This document shows, one piece after another, positions 12,954-23,737 of a DNA stretch of 62,546 nt. Origin of the DNA: Octopus bimaculoides (taxonomy: Eukaryota). A program made the translations under genes and the position numbers. The notes beneath the pieces are model-generated. The model searched no databases, had not been told where the DNA came from, and saw only the letters and a list, made by a program, of their open reading frames with translations. Within the stretch, counting starts at the first letter, position 1. Every line of letters starts with the position of its first letter. The stretch spans positions 67,836,578 through 67,899,123 of the forward strand of contig NC_068983.1 of the NCBI RefSeq assembly GCF_001194135.2, read 5' to 3'.

Positions 12954-13706
12954 CCTGCCTTTTATATATACAGATACGCTTTGGCATGTTCAAAATATTA
13001 TCATTCGCTAATTTTCATTTAGCAGTATAAATCATTATTAACTATTTACAAAAAACAATAACATTTTTAGAATTTCTCTCTTAAACTTTTAATGGACAAT
13101 ACACACACCGAATTTCATTACAGTTTAAAATATTACTAAATTTCATATATCACATGCCCAAAATTTAACTTCCATATACATTTAGATATGTAGGAATTTT
13201 TTCTCCCCCTAAGTGAGTTTTGAAGTCCATCACCTTTACATACGTGTGTGTTTGTGTGTATGTGTGTATCTGTGTGTGTGTGTATCTGTGTGTGTGTGTG
13301 TCTCTATCTCTGTATATATATTAATATATGTGTATGTATATATGTATGTATGTATGTATATATGTATGTATGTATGCATGCATGCATGTATGTATGTATG
13401 TATGTATGTATGTATGTATGTATGCTTGTGCATGTATGCTTATGTATACCACTTTTTCTAATAGCCAAAGGAAATTGTTTTCCGCCAACAATATTTTAAT
13501 GTTAGTACTTATATTTTTAACAACAATTTTATCCAAATATTTTACATAATAACTGTCTATAATGATTGTTTGACATAAAAGGAACATGAAACGGGAAGCT
13601 ACATTGTATAATCACAAATTATATCATTATACACACATACGCATGCGCATACAGATATACATATGTGCAGACACGCACACACACATACACACACATGCAC
13701 GCACGC

Positions 13707-13782
<76 letters not shown>

Positions 13783-13909
13783 TTTCAAAAATTTGATATC
13801 ATTTGAGATGTAAATATCACACAAGCTACATACTCAAAGCAAATGAAACTAAACAGGTTTAATGTTGAGCAACATAAGATTTATTCCTCCAATTTTGAAT
13901 CAGAAATTC

Positions 13910-14530
13910 AAAGGTATGTGGATTCCATGAACGAGATCCCAAAAATGGGCCATGAAGCTGCTTCTTGGAGATGGCGCAGAACACATTCACTTATGGTGAG
14001 TCCTTCTCATGCTCAGTTGTGGCATGATGATTTTGCGAACATTATGCTTTGCCATTCGTATGAAATGTGACCTCAACACTGAAAACAAGACGTTCCTTGA
14101 ACTCGGCTTCTTCAAGTTTCTCTTGCATATCAACGCAGAATTACTTGCGCTTTCGCTTGTCATCTGCCATTATGGCCTAAACGAGCTGCAGCTTGTAGGG
14201 TTTCGTTAGCAAGTATTTCCTCATGACGCGCCAAACTGTCGTCGGAGGAATCTGGGTTTCCAGACTTGTCCTTCTTATGGACTTCTTGGGGCTTCGCAAG
14301 AGTTTTGGGTGAACCCGCTCGACCGTCTTTTCGATGTCAGTGGTCGTCCAGATCTCTTTGCCCTGCACAGACAGCTTTCCTCTTTGAATTTGTTGTGTTA
14401 TGTCCAAATCTGCATTTCCGTTGGCGACTTTTTAGAGAACTCTCTCACAAATGCACGCTGCACAGTCTTATTCGACTGTGTTCAAACATACACCAATACA
14501 GTGAATGCCATTTCTGTACCTGAAAAGATA
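13910..14530 (-). pseudogene. Tc1/mariner-superfamily (maT/DD37D-like) transposase fragment
   Basis: ORF 14177-14407 gives RSPKKSIRRTSLETQIPPTTVWRVMRKYLLTKPYKLQLV; continues RLVFSVEVTFHTNGK (FSDE-like) and VNVFCAISKKQLHGPF; N-terminal TVQRAFVREFSKKSP and SGRP. Confidence 0.85.
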
Positions 14531-14556
14531 AACATATCAAACATTAAACAATATAC

Positions 14557-14557
<1 letters not shown>

Positions 14558-14627
<70 letters not shown>
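14558..14627. repeat. (GATA)n microsatellite
   Basis: Read directly. Confidence 0.95.
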
Positions 14628-14628
<1 letters not shown>

Positions 14629-15161
14629 GTGTGCAGCCCGAAATACGTGTCACTAAATATAATACATATTTCATCTATCTCGGGGTAAAAAGAAGACAAG
14701 TCCACGCTCCACAAAGGTTTACAATCAGGATACAAAAGCACAATTACTACCAGGTACTTTACCTCATGAACTACCAATTCAAATATACCTCACCTTTCAC
14801 CGACTGGTTTCTAACGTATACACAAAGCCAATCATTCTGGTGAGTGGATATAGTTGATTAAAACAGTCTCAATACTTAGCTTGTACTTATATTATCGATC
14901 CCCGAAATATAAAAATCATAGTTTACCCTGGTGGGATTTAAAGAAAAGAATGGTTTCCTCTGTGAATAATTGAATTTAATTAGTGTAAATCAATTAGTTG
15001 CAATCGTCTGATGAAATCAAGCCAGAGGTATTATAACAGTTTCTTGGCTACAATGAATGCATGACCTTTTTGCTAATACTTACAAGCTACTTCAGGTTTG
15101 GTAAAAATAATTACACCACATTACACGCCTACATTTTTCGCATCCACACCCCTATGAGTTT

Positions 15162-15332
15162 NNNNNNNNNNNNNNNNNNNNNNNNNNNNNNNNNNNNNNN
15201 NNNNNNNNNNNNNNNNNNNNNNNNNNNNNNNNNNNNNNNNNNNNNNNNNNNNNNNNNNNNNNNNNNNNNNNNNNNNNNNNNNNNNNNNNNNNNNNNNNNN
15301 NNNNNNNNNNNNNNNNNATATATATATGTATG

Positions 15333-15371
<39 letters not shown>

Positions 15372-15536
15372 ACAGGTACATGTGTGCGTATGTATATATG
15401 TATATATATGTCTATATATATATGTGTGTGAATGTATGCGTGTTTGTATATGTGCGTGTATACACACACACATACAATCATGCACACGCACACACTCACA
15501 CACACGTATATATATATGTTTAAATGTAGATAGATC

Positions 15537-15568
<32 letters not shown>

Positions 15569-15610
15569 TGCACGTATGTATGTACGAGCAAACATACATA
15601 CATACATACA

Positions 15611-15641
<31 letters not shown>

Positions 15642-15914
15642 GTGTGTGGTTGTGTATGTATTTGCAAAGCATATACATAAAAGTACAGATTCATATAANN
15701 NNNNNNNNAAGTACAGATTCATATAATTGTGTTTGTAAAGATATACATATAGTCGCACGTGTATATATAAATATAAATGTATCTGATAGTATGAATGTAT
15801 GTGTTATGCGCATATGTGCAGCATGTGTATCTGCATCTGTGTACGTGCGTGCATTTGTATCTATAGTTGTATATTACTGATATAGGTAGATATATACATA
15901 GACACATGCGATTA

Positions 15915-15975
<61 letters not shown>

Positions 15976-16346
15976 GCATGTACCTAAATACATGTGCATG
16001 CATATATATGTGTGTGTATGTATGTNNNNNNNNNNNNNNNNNNNNNNNNNNNNNNNNNTGTGTGTGTGTGTGTGTGTGTGTAGAAGCATGTATGAACGTA
16101 TGTATTTATATAGTTCTTTTTTAATCATAAACCTACAGAGATACAAAGCTAAACTCAGGTGTATGCAGTAAAAATAACAAAAATTCTCTCAAAATAGCAG
16201 GAAAGCTATTGTAAGAAATTTTCATTACTACGTACGTGCGACGATAAAGTGAATACAAAATTTCTCCATTATATATATATTTCAATGCTTGAATATACTA
16301 GACTCTCTTGGACCAAGGAAATGTATTGCTGTGTGCGAATGTGTGT

Positions 16347-16435
<89 letters not shown>
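15162..16435. repeat. Microsatellite-rich tract (TA, GATA, TACA, CA, TG) with three gaps
   Basis: Read directly. Confidence 0.9.
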
Positions 16436-16440
<5 letters not shown>

Positions 16441-16561
16441 GGTTTGTTCAAACGCTATGTGTAGGCATTCTTATGAAAAGGCAAGTTTTCTGTTATCGTT
16501 TTTACCGCCATTACTACTACTATTATTACCCCATCACTAATACTGTTTTCATATCGGCTAT

Positions 16562-16581
16562 TACATTACTACTACTACTAC

Positions 16582-16642
<61 letters not shown>

Positions 16643-16710
16643 AAGAAGAAGAAGAAGAAGAAGAAGAAGAAGAAGAAGAAGAAGAAGAAGAAGAAGAAGA
16701 AGAAGAAGAA
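16562..16710. repeat. Compound (ACT)n(AAT)n(AGA)n microsatellite
   Basis: Read directly. Confidence 0.95.
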
Positions 16711-17031
16711 AACCAAAAGTACTGCAGCTACTACCAACTTTTTAAATCCTAGTTTTTATGTTCTATATTGTAAAATGTTGTTATGTTGTGCATTAATGAA
16801 TAACTGTGATTTCTGCTTTATTTTAATAATTCTCCTTTTCGGAATTTACTTCAAAATTTGACTCAGTATTTTAATGAATAAAAAGCGCATGAAATTTTAT
16901 TCGACGCACCAATGAATTTAACACATATCTAAAACAGATTTAAGTTTGCTCTTTATTCTAACCGTTTACATACATGTGCACACACACACACACACACACA
17001 CATACATACATATATATATATGTGTGTGTGT

Positions 17032-17073
<42 letters not shown>

Positions 17074-17121
17074 CGCATATATATATATATATAAATATAA
17101 AAACATACATATATACACATG

Positions 17122-17158
<37 letters not shown>

Positions 17159-17218
17159 TATTCTGTACTTTATTGTTACCATAACGGTGGTGAAACACAT
17201 AAATAAAATTTTTAAAAT

Positions 17219-17259
17219 AACGTTTCGGCTGATGTACTCACCAGCCTTCATCAGGTGTT
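17219..17259 (-). ncRNA. Type-I minimal hammerhead motif (family 1), lacking the 3' strand of stem I
   Basis: Sense strand AACAC-CTGATGA-A-GGCTG(10 nt)CAGCC-GAA-ACGT-T; homology to the other copies stops at the predicted cleavage site. Confidence 0.7.
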
Positions 17260-17359
17260 TTGGTGGAATTTCGAACCCAACACTCATGGGGTACTATGTT
17301 CTCATTCCAAAGCTCTTCTTTTTTTGCTGGTGTTAATTTTTGCTGATATCATTTCCAAA

Positions 17360-17431
17360 GTCCCTGTCTGGGATTGAACTCATAATCCAAGAGTCAGTAA
17401 CTCATGCTCTTATCCACTAAGCTATATGCCC
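17360..17431 (-). promoter_or_regulatory. tRNA-derived Pol III-type internal promoter (A box + B box)
   Basis: Sense strand TAGCTTAGTGG (17424-17414, fits TRGCNNARYGG) and GTTCAATCC (17379-17371); D-arm-like and anticodon-arm-like hairpins present; acceptor stem does not pair, so not a functional tRNA. Confidence 0.65.
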
Positions 17432-17480
17432 GTAGGTAATTATAGAGTTAATTTTGGGGCTTAAAAACTTAATATTTTAT

Positions 17481-17950
17481 CCTTTCTGTCTACCGTATGT
17501 CAAAGGCCTTTCGGGAAAGGTATAAAAGATGTGCGGTCCATATAACACCAGGACATTATTCAGAAGTAATACAACACTTTGCAAATATCTTCTCCGAGTA
17601 AAACTATCCATAGAAGATGATATGACCAAACACTGCATGTACTCCATCACATGCAGTTGCAGTAAGTTATACAAAGGCGAAACATGCCGCGCCCTTAAAA
17701 TAAGGGTAGAATAAGGGTAGAAGAACATCGTAAAGCTGTGATACAAGGGGATATTGAAAAATCGGATATAGCCGATCATGTATAGAAAAACGGAAACCAC
17801 CTCTCCTTGTGGGATGAAGTTAAGATAATAGACAGAGAACACTACTGGAAAATACGAACATTAAGAGGCAGCAGATATGCTAGGACACAATAATCTTCTA
17901 AGCAGAGCAAGTGCAGATATGAATGTAATATCAGAACCGGTTTTAAGAAA
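17481..17950 (+). pseudogene. Penelope-type GIY-YIG endonuclease remnant
   Basis: LPYVKGLS...CMYSITCSCSKLYKGETCRALKIRVE...EHRKAVIQGDIEKSDIADHV...WDEVKIIDREHYWKIR; stops, and an 11-bp tandem duplication (AATAAGGGTAG) near 17700. Confidence 0.85.
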
Positions 17951-18153
17951 ATATAAAATATTTGGTTTATAAGTCCCAAAATTCACTCTATAATTGCCCA
18001 CGGGCATATAGCATAGATTCTGAGTTCATTCCTAGACAGGGACTTGGGAAATGATATCAACAAAAAATAACATCAGTAAAAAAAGAATACTTTAGGAATG
18101 AGAACAGAGTACCCCATTAGTCAAATAAAGGGTTGGGTTCGAAATTCCACCAG

Positions 18154-18199
18154 AACACTTGATGAAGGCAGGAGAGTACATCAGCCGAAACGTTGTAGT
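18154..18199 (+). ncRNA. Type-I hammerhead motif (family 1), mutated
   Basis: AACAC-TTGATGA-A-GGCAG(10 nt)CAGCC-GAA-ACGT-T-GTAGT; C3->U in the core, mismatches in stems I and II. Confidence 0.55.
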
Positions 18200-18630
18200 A
18201 ACACCAAACAAGATGAGGACACGTATCCGTCCATTGTAAATGACGTATATGATTAAGGGGACATCATTTACCAGGATAAGTTAAATTTTTGAACTTTCTT
18301 ACCTTAATAAAATGTACTCCAGAAACGGCTGTCGAATGGACCTCCTCTAATAACGGGACTTTTCCTTAATATTATACCTCGTATTGTAATGTATTTATTT
18401 GCTCTTTGAACTGTCTGAAAAATTATTTTGCTACTTGATCACTTAGACGCTTCCCTATTGTTGTTTCGCATAATCCATATATGTTTTACTTTATTTACAC
18501 CTCCAACATTTTTACCATACTTACACCTCGAATATTTTTACATTCTTTTCATCTGTATTTTCATCTATGCACATATATATATATACGTGTGTGTGTGGTA
18601 CTATATATATATATGTGTGTGTATGTGGTA

Positions 18631-18699
<69 letters not shown>

Positions 18700-18806
18700 T
18701 ATGTATTAAATTGTGTTAATGTATGTGTATTTTTAAAAATATGTTTAAAATTTTGCGTCTGGGAATTTGTTGATTGACCTACACTTTCTGAATTTACCTC
18801 TTTAAT

Positions 18807-18839
<33 letters not shown>

Positions 18840-18844
18840 GTTAT

Positions 18845-19005
18845 GGGTTTCCAACTTTACGTTAACCAAATTCACTCACAAGGCATTAACAGAGCGCTTT
18901 ATGGTAAACGACACAGGCCCAAGGTTCTCCGTAGTGTAACTGGACTCGAAACCAAGTGATGGCAAATCGAACTTCTTCACTATTCAGTCAAAAACTGCTC
19001 CTGCA
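18845..19005 (-). mobile_element. tRNA-headed SINE (family B), diverged
   Basis: Similar to 57971-58124 (CACTCACAAG...GGCCCAAGG...GAAACC). Confidence 0.6.
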
Positions 19006-19320
19006 ATGGTAAATATTAATAAAAGAGAATTTTGTTTTATTTTGTTAATTCATCTCTCATTGTCATGTGACCGAGCTGGAGCATCGTCTTTTTTTTCTTA
19101 ACTATATTAACCTCAGTATTAATTTCAGTACTCTTTGAATGGCAATTATTTCATCAATCCTTCCCGCTACGCCGGAAGAGGAAGAAAGCAATGGCGTGTG
19201 AGCTAAGAGGGATGAAACTGCGTAACTGAGAAGAATCTAAATGTCACAAGGTATTTTTCTTTGATATCCCATCTTCGTACAACATCCTACGCTAAATTAT
19301 GTGTGAGTGTGTGTATAATA

Positions 19321-19351
<31 letters not shown>

Positions 19352-19629
19352 NNNNNNNNNNNNNNNNNNNNNNNNNNNNNNNNNNNNNNNNNNNNNNNNN
19401 NNNNNNNNNNNNNNNNNNNNNNNNNNNNNNNNNNNNNNNNNNNNNNNNNNNNNNNNNNNNNNNNNNNNNNNNNNNNNNNNNNNNNNNNNNNNNNNNNNNN
19501 NNNNTGTGTATGTATGTTTGTATGTATGTATGTATGTATGTATGTATGTATATACACACACTCAGACGGGCTTACACAGACACACACGTATATACACAAT
19601 AATACATACATATGGCCTGACTTTTCGTC

Positions 19630-19853
19630 AGTGCAAGTGGTTGAGCACTCTACAGACACGCGTACCCTTATCGTAGTTTTCGGGGAGATTCATTGTGACA
19701 CAGAATGTGACATGGCTAGCCCTTTGAATTACAAGTACTACTTATTTTTGTCAGTTGAATGGGCTGGAGCAACGATAGATAAAGTATCTTGTTCAAGAAC
19801 ACAATGCTCCACCGGGAATCGACCGAATAGTCTAACCACAAAGGAACGCACCT
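19630..19853 (-). mobile_element. tRNA-headed SINE (family D) with tail shared with 56507-56615
   Basis: Head TGTGGTTAG...TCGATTCCCGG...GTTGCTCCAGCCCATTCAACTG as in 44262-44485; tail GTGCAAGTGGTTGAGCACTCTACAGACACGCGTACCCTT (plus strand) as in 56507ff. Confidence 0.8.
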
Positions 19854-20059
19854 ACCTTATATATACAGATATACACACACGTACATATATATATTTAAAG
19901 ATATTAGAATTGGATTCGAAGAATCAAGTGGAAAGTACAGTAAGCACTCCAGACAAGGATCCGGCTATCAGGTCAGATCTTTAATTAAATTGCAATGCGA
20001 TTTATATGGATCTTGCAATCGAAAATCCGAGCCACACAAACAGTAAAGTTTCCTTTGTG

Positions 20060-21680
20060 AAGTATATAATACGGAAATAAAACAAGGAGAGATAAGAGGA
20101 AAGAAGTACATCCATCTCAGAGATAGCACCAATAACGACGTTGCCCCTGAAAGGCTAGGCCAATTGTGCATACTTCGGTCTTCCTTTACTGGTAGTCCTC
20201 GATATATGCACGAACGTACGCAAGACGTCATGATTTACGTTCGGTACTACGGTGAGCCCGACTTTTCCATTACCTTCACTTGTAATGCCAGGTGGAATGA
20301 AATACGAGTCTTCTGCCTTTTGCGAGAGTTTTTAGACTTAAACTACTTAAATTCAAGGATCTCCTCAGCAATGGTCAAATATTTGGCCATGTTAAAAGCT
20401 TCATGTTCACTGTTGAGTGGCAAAAGAGGGACATGCCTCACATACACATACTTCTATGGTTAAGTCAGAAAATAAATGCAAATGACATAGACAAGCTAAT
20501 TTCCGCTGAAATACCTGATCCGGGCGTTGATAGTGAACTCCATGGCATAGTGAAGTCTAATATGGTCCATGGCCCTAGTGGGCCTGCCTACACAAGGAAA
20601 GATTGATTGATAAATGATGTATGCTCTAAGAATTTTCCCTAAAAATTCGTGTCCCATACTCAAACTGCTCAAGACGGGTACCCACTGTATAGGTTGTAGG
20701 AAGCCATGCGACGGAGGCTTAACCTTAACCATAGGGAAATTCGAAGTTGACAATAGATGGATAGTACCTTACTGCCCGTTTCTTTCAAAGACATTTAAAG
20801 CGCATATCAACGTTGAATTTTGCAATTCCATCAAGTCAATCAAATATGTCTGCAAATACGTTAACAAAGGGTCCGATGCCACCATGTTTGGCCTCCAAGT
20901 CATCAACCAACACGATAAAGTAACGCAATACCAGGCTGCACGGTGCATAAACAGCAATAAAGCGTTTTGGTGTATTTTCGGTGTTCCAATACACAAAAGG
21001 TATCCTGCCGTTTTTCAGCTCACTGTTCATCTGGAAAACGGCCAAAGAGTGCATTTCAGTGAAGCCACTGCTGCCCAGGTAGCACAGGCTCCACAAGATA
21101 CTACGCGCTTACTGCGTTTTTTAAACTTTGTCAGGTTGATCCTTTTGCATGGCCACTCCTTTACCCATAAGTTCCATCCTACTACACCTGGAACAACAAG
21201 ACGTGGAGAAGGAAGATAGGTAAAACTGTTGAAGGGCACGAAGGCATTAAGTTCGATGATTGCCTTTGGAGCGTTTACACAGTGCACTCAAATCAGACTG
21301 AGTGCTATCATCTCCGTCTTCTTTTACACGAAGTAACAGGCCCAACTTGCTTTCAGGATTTAAGAACTGTAGATGAAAACGTTTTTGCGACATACAAGGA
21401 GGCATTTTAACAGCGCGGTCTTCTTGAAGATGACGAGCAGTGGCAAGCCTGCTTATCAGAGGCTTGTGTATCCAAATCGCCTGGAAGCCTTAGAACACTT
21501 TTTGCAGCTATACTGCACAATTGTGCATCCAGTAGTACGTATTCTTTGTGGCTTCAATTTAAGAATGACCTGTCCGAGGACTTCATGTGAGCCGCTCAGC
21601 TTTGATTCCCTACTTTAAACAGATTTCACTGATACAATATACAACTTGGCGCTGACTGAGATTGAAAAAAAATTGCAGGC
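20060..21680 (+). pseudogene. Helitron Rep (HUH/Y2 rolling-circle initiator) domain remnant
   Basis: SSFTGSPRYMHERTQD; ITFTCN; VEWQKRDMPHIHILLWL (HUH); SAEIPDP; VKSNMVHGP; DNRWIVPY; HINVEFCNSIKSIKYVCKYVNKG (Y2); LTVHLENGQRV; several frameshifts; no helicase motifs seen. Confidence 0.93.
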
Positions 21681-21797
21681 CTTATATCTACATTCGAAAG
21701 TATTATTAGGACAAACTAGTCCTCATCATAATTTACAATGGTACAATACCACAAATCTCTACTATAAAGATATAGCTTATTACATACAAGATAGATA

Positions 21798-22468
21798 CTG
21801 GTCTGATCAATAAGTATCCAGACTGTTGCTATAGTAACAAAGCTAAAGCACGTGGAGTAAAGCCGCTTGGTACAGATTCATCTTGGACTCTGCTGTGCAT
21901 GTGCACTAAGTTTAAACGTTCTAGCTCACTTCCACTGTTTATAGCAGTGCTTGGAAGTTACGTATGTAGCGTGTGATCGTGGCATTGACCATGATGGACT
22001 GAACTGAATTGTAACTAATCTGCACATCTGATAATTCACGGATGGCGATTCAACGATTTCTTCTCACAGCTGTATGTACATCTGCAATTTTTTTCTCAGT
22101 TCTGATGGTTGCGGGTCTCCCAGAACGTTCGTCACTATCAACATTTTTTCGGCCATCTTGGACATATCTAAACCACTTATACACTTGTGTGCGGCTCATA
22201 CACTCTTCTCCATATACTTTCTGCAATTTTGCGTAGGGTTCTGAGCAGGTATCACCATGACAACTTTTTCTGTCATGGTCAATGCGATGATCCCATGCTA
22301 CACACTTTCCTTCTAAGCACTGCTGTAAACAGCGGAAGTGAGATAGAACGTTAAAACTTATTGCATGCACAACAGAGTTCAAGGTCAATTTTTGCCAAGC
22401 GGCTTCATTATGCATGTTTTAGCTTTGTAACTATGACAACAGTCCGGATACTTATTGATCAGACCTCG
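21798..22468 (-). mobile_element. Mariner derivative with about 195-bp inverted arms and partial transposase 5' end
   Basis: TA on both sides; 21798-21993 is an imperfect reverse complement of about 22270-22468; minus-strand KLQKVYGEECMSRTQVYKWFRYVQDGRKNVDSDERSGRP (mariner HTH region). Confidence 0.9.
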
Positions 22469-22499
22469 TATTTATTTATTTATTTACAAGTCGAGAAGA

Positions 22500-23150
22500 A
22501 TTTTTAAATGTCTGTCAGTTCGCTTACCACGAGAAGTAGGAAGAGCTAGTGATTCGGGACTGTGCTCAAATAATGACTGACGGAAAGGAGAGAAGTGGAT
22601 AAGTTATTTACTAATGTCAAGAAATGGATTTAAAGATAATCATATTAAATTACTTAAGTAGGGAGAGTCGGAAAAGTCGTGGTTCGTGTGAGAGACGTTG
22701 AGAGGAGAGCAGTCAATTTAACAAAACGCTATCAAGGTGCAGTGTAAATTAGTGACGAGTACACATATTTTCAGCTGCATATGCAGGAATCATCGGCGAA
22801 AAACAATGAAATTGGGTGAATTAAACGATAAAATTAAAGGAATTATAATGAGGCACTGCCAGAGAAGTTGGAATAATGATCCACAGCTTTCAGAAAGCTT
22901 TACGTGACCTGTTTCTGGAACGTAATATACAGGAGGCGACAGGTCTTCTCTCTATACAAGTGATCACACAAACAGCATATATTGCAGTATATTAAATTAG
23001 AAGTGCAATCGAAATGGTCAGAAACTTGGTCAACGAACTTCTGCTTTCATCGGCGTAAAACCTCAGTCCCTCTAAATCCGCCTCCAATTCCATCTGTTTT
23101 CTTTGTCACTCTTTGATGCTTCGTGGGCTCCTTTTCCCCTTGCGTTTCTC
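22500..23150 (-). pseudogene. Decayed CR1/L2-like RT fragment
   Basis: Minus-strand SLF-FADDSCI (FADD at 22800-22789); the remainder is heavily degenerate. Confidence 0.5.
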
Positions 23151-23604
23151 TGTATTGTCCTTAGTTGTCCATCATTAACCCACAACACGCTCTCTTAGTG
23201 TGCTGCTACATTGGCTGCCTGGACTCTCCCCACCACCTCTCGCACAGATCATTTTTCTCTCGGTTCTTCTACCATACAACCAATACTTCACTTGTCTCAC
23301 CTCTCATATATTTTTACTGACACTACCGCTTCACTTAGACCTACCGTGTAACTTAATTCACTTCCGTTATTACTTGAACATGCTTCGTCGAGGAATCAAT
23401 TTTTTAAATCCTTCCAGTAACCGGAAATGTTGGAACGCGATAAATTTCCCGTTACTAACACTGATTCACACTACTTTCTTCCAATTCCATATTTAACACT
23501 TCTTTTACTGGAATTTGAAAACAATGTAAATGAATGAAATGAATGATACTAAATAGTGTTTACCACTGCACGGTAGTAAGTACTATTAGCAGCAGAAGTA
23601 ACAC

Positions 23605-23614
23605 AGCAGCAGCG

Positions 23615-23654
<40 letters not shown>

Positions 23655-23663
23655 TAGTAGTAA

Positions 23664-23735
<72 letters not shown>

Positions 23736-23737
23736 AT
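23605..23737. repeat. Compound (GCA)n(GTA)n microsatellite
   Basis: Read directly. Confidence 0.95.

Larger units (their letters stand above)
17219..18248 (+). mobile_element. 5'-truncated Penelope-like retroelement flanked by inverted copies of its 3' terminal repeat
   Basis: GIY-YIG remnant 17481-17950; 17219-17480 is the reverse complement of about 17953-18194. Confidence 0.85.

Noticed and set aside
13895-13920. Strong-looking splice donor AAAG|GTATGT
   Set aside because: It coincides with the end of the minus-strand transposase remnant and no convincing upstream exon was found.
15680-15726. Direct repeat AAGTACAGATTCATATAA on both sides of a 10-N gap
   Set aside because: Typical contig-overlap artefact at a placeholder gap, not a biological repeat.
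17360-17431. Candidate tRNA gene
   Set aside because: The acceptor and T stems do not pair; kept only as a tRNA-derived promoter-like head.
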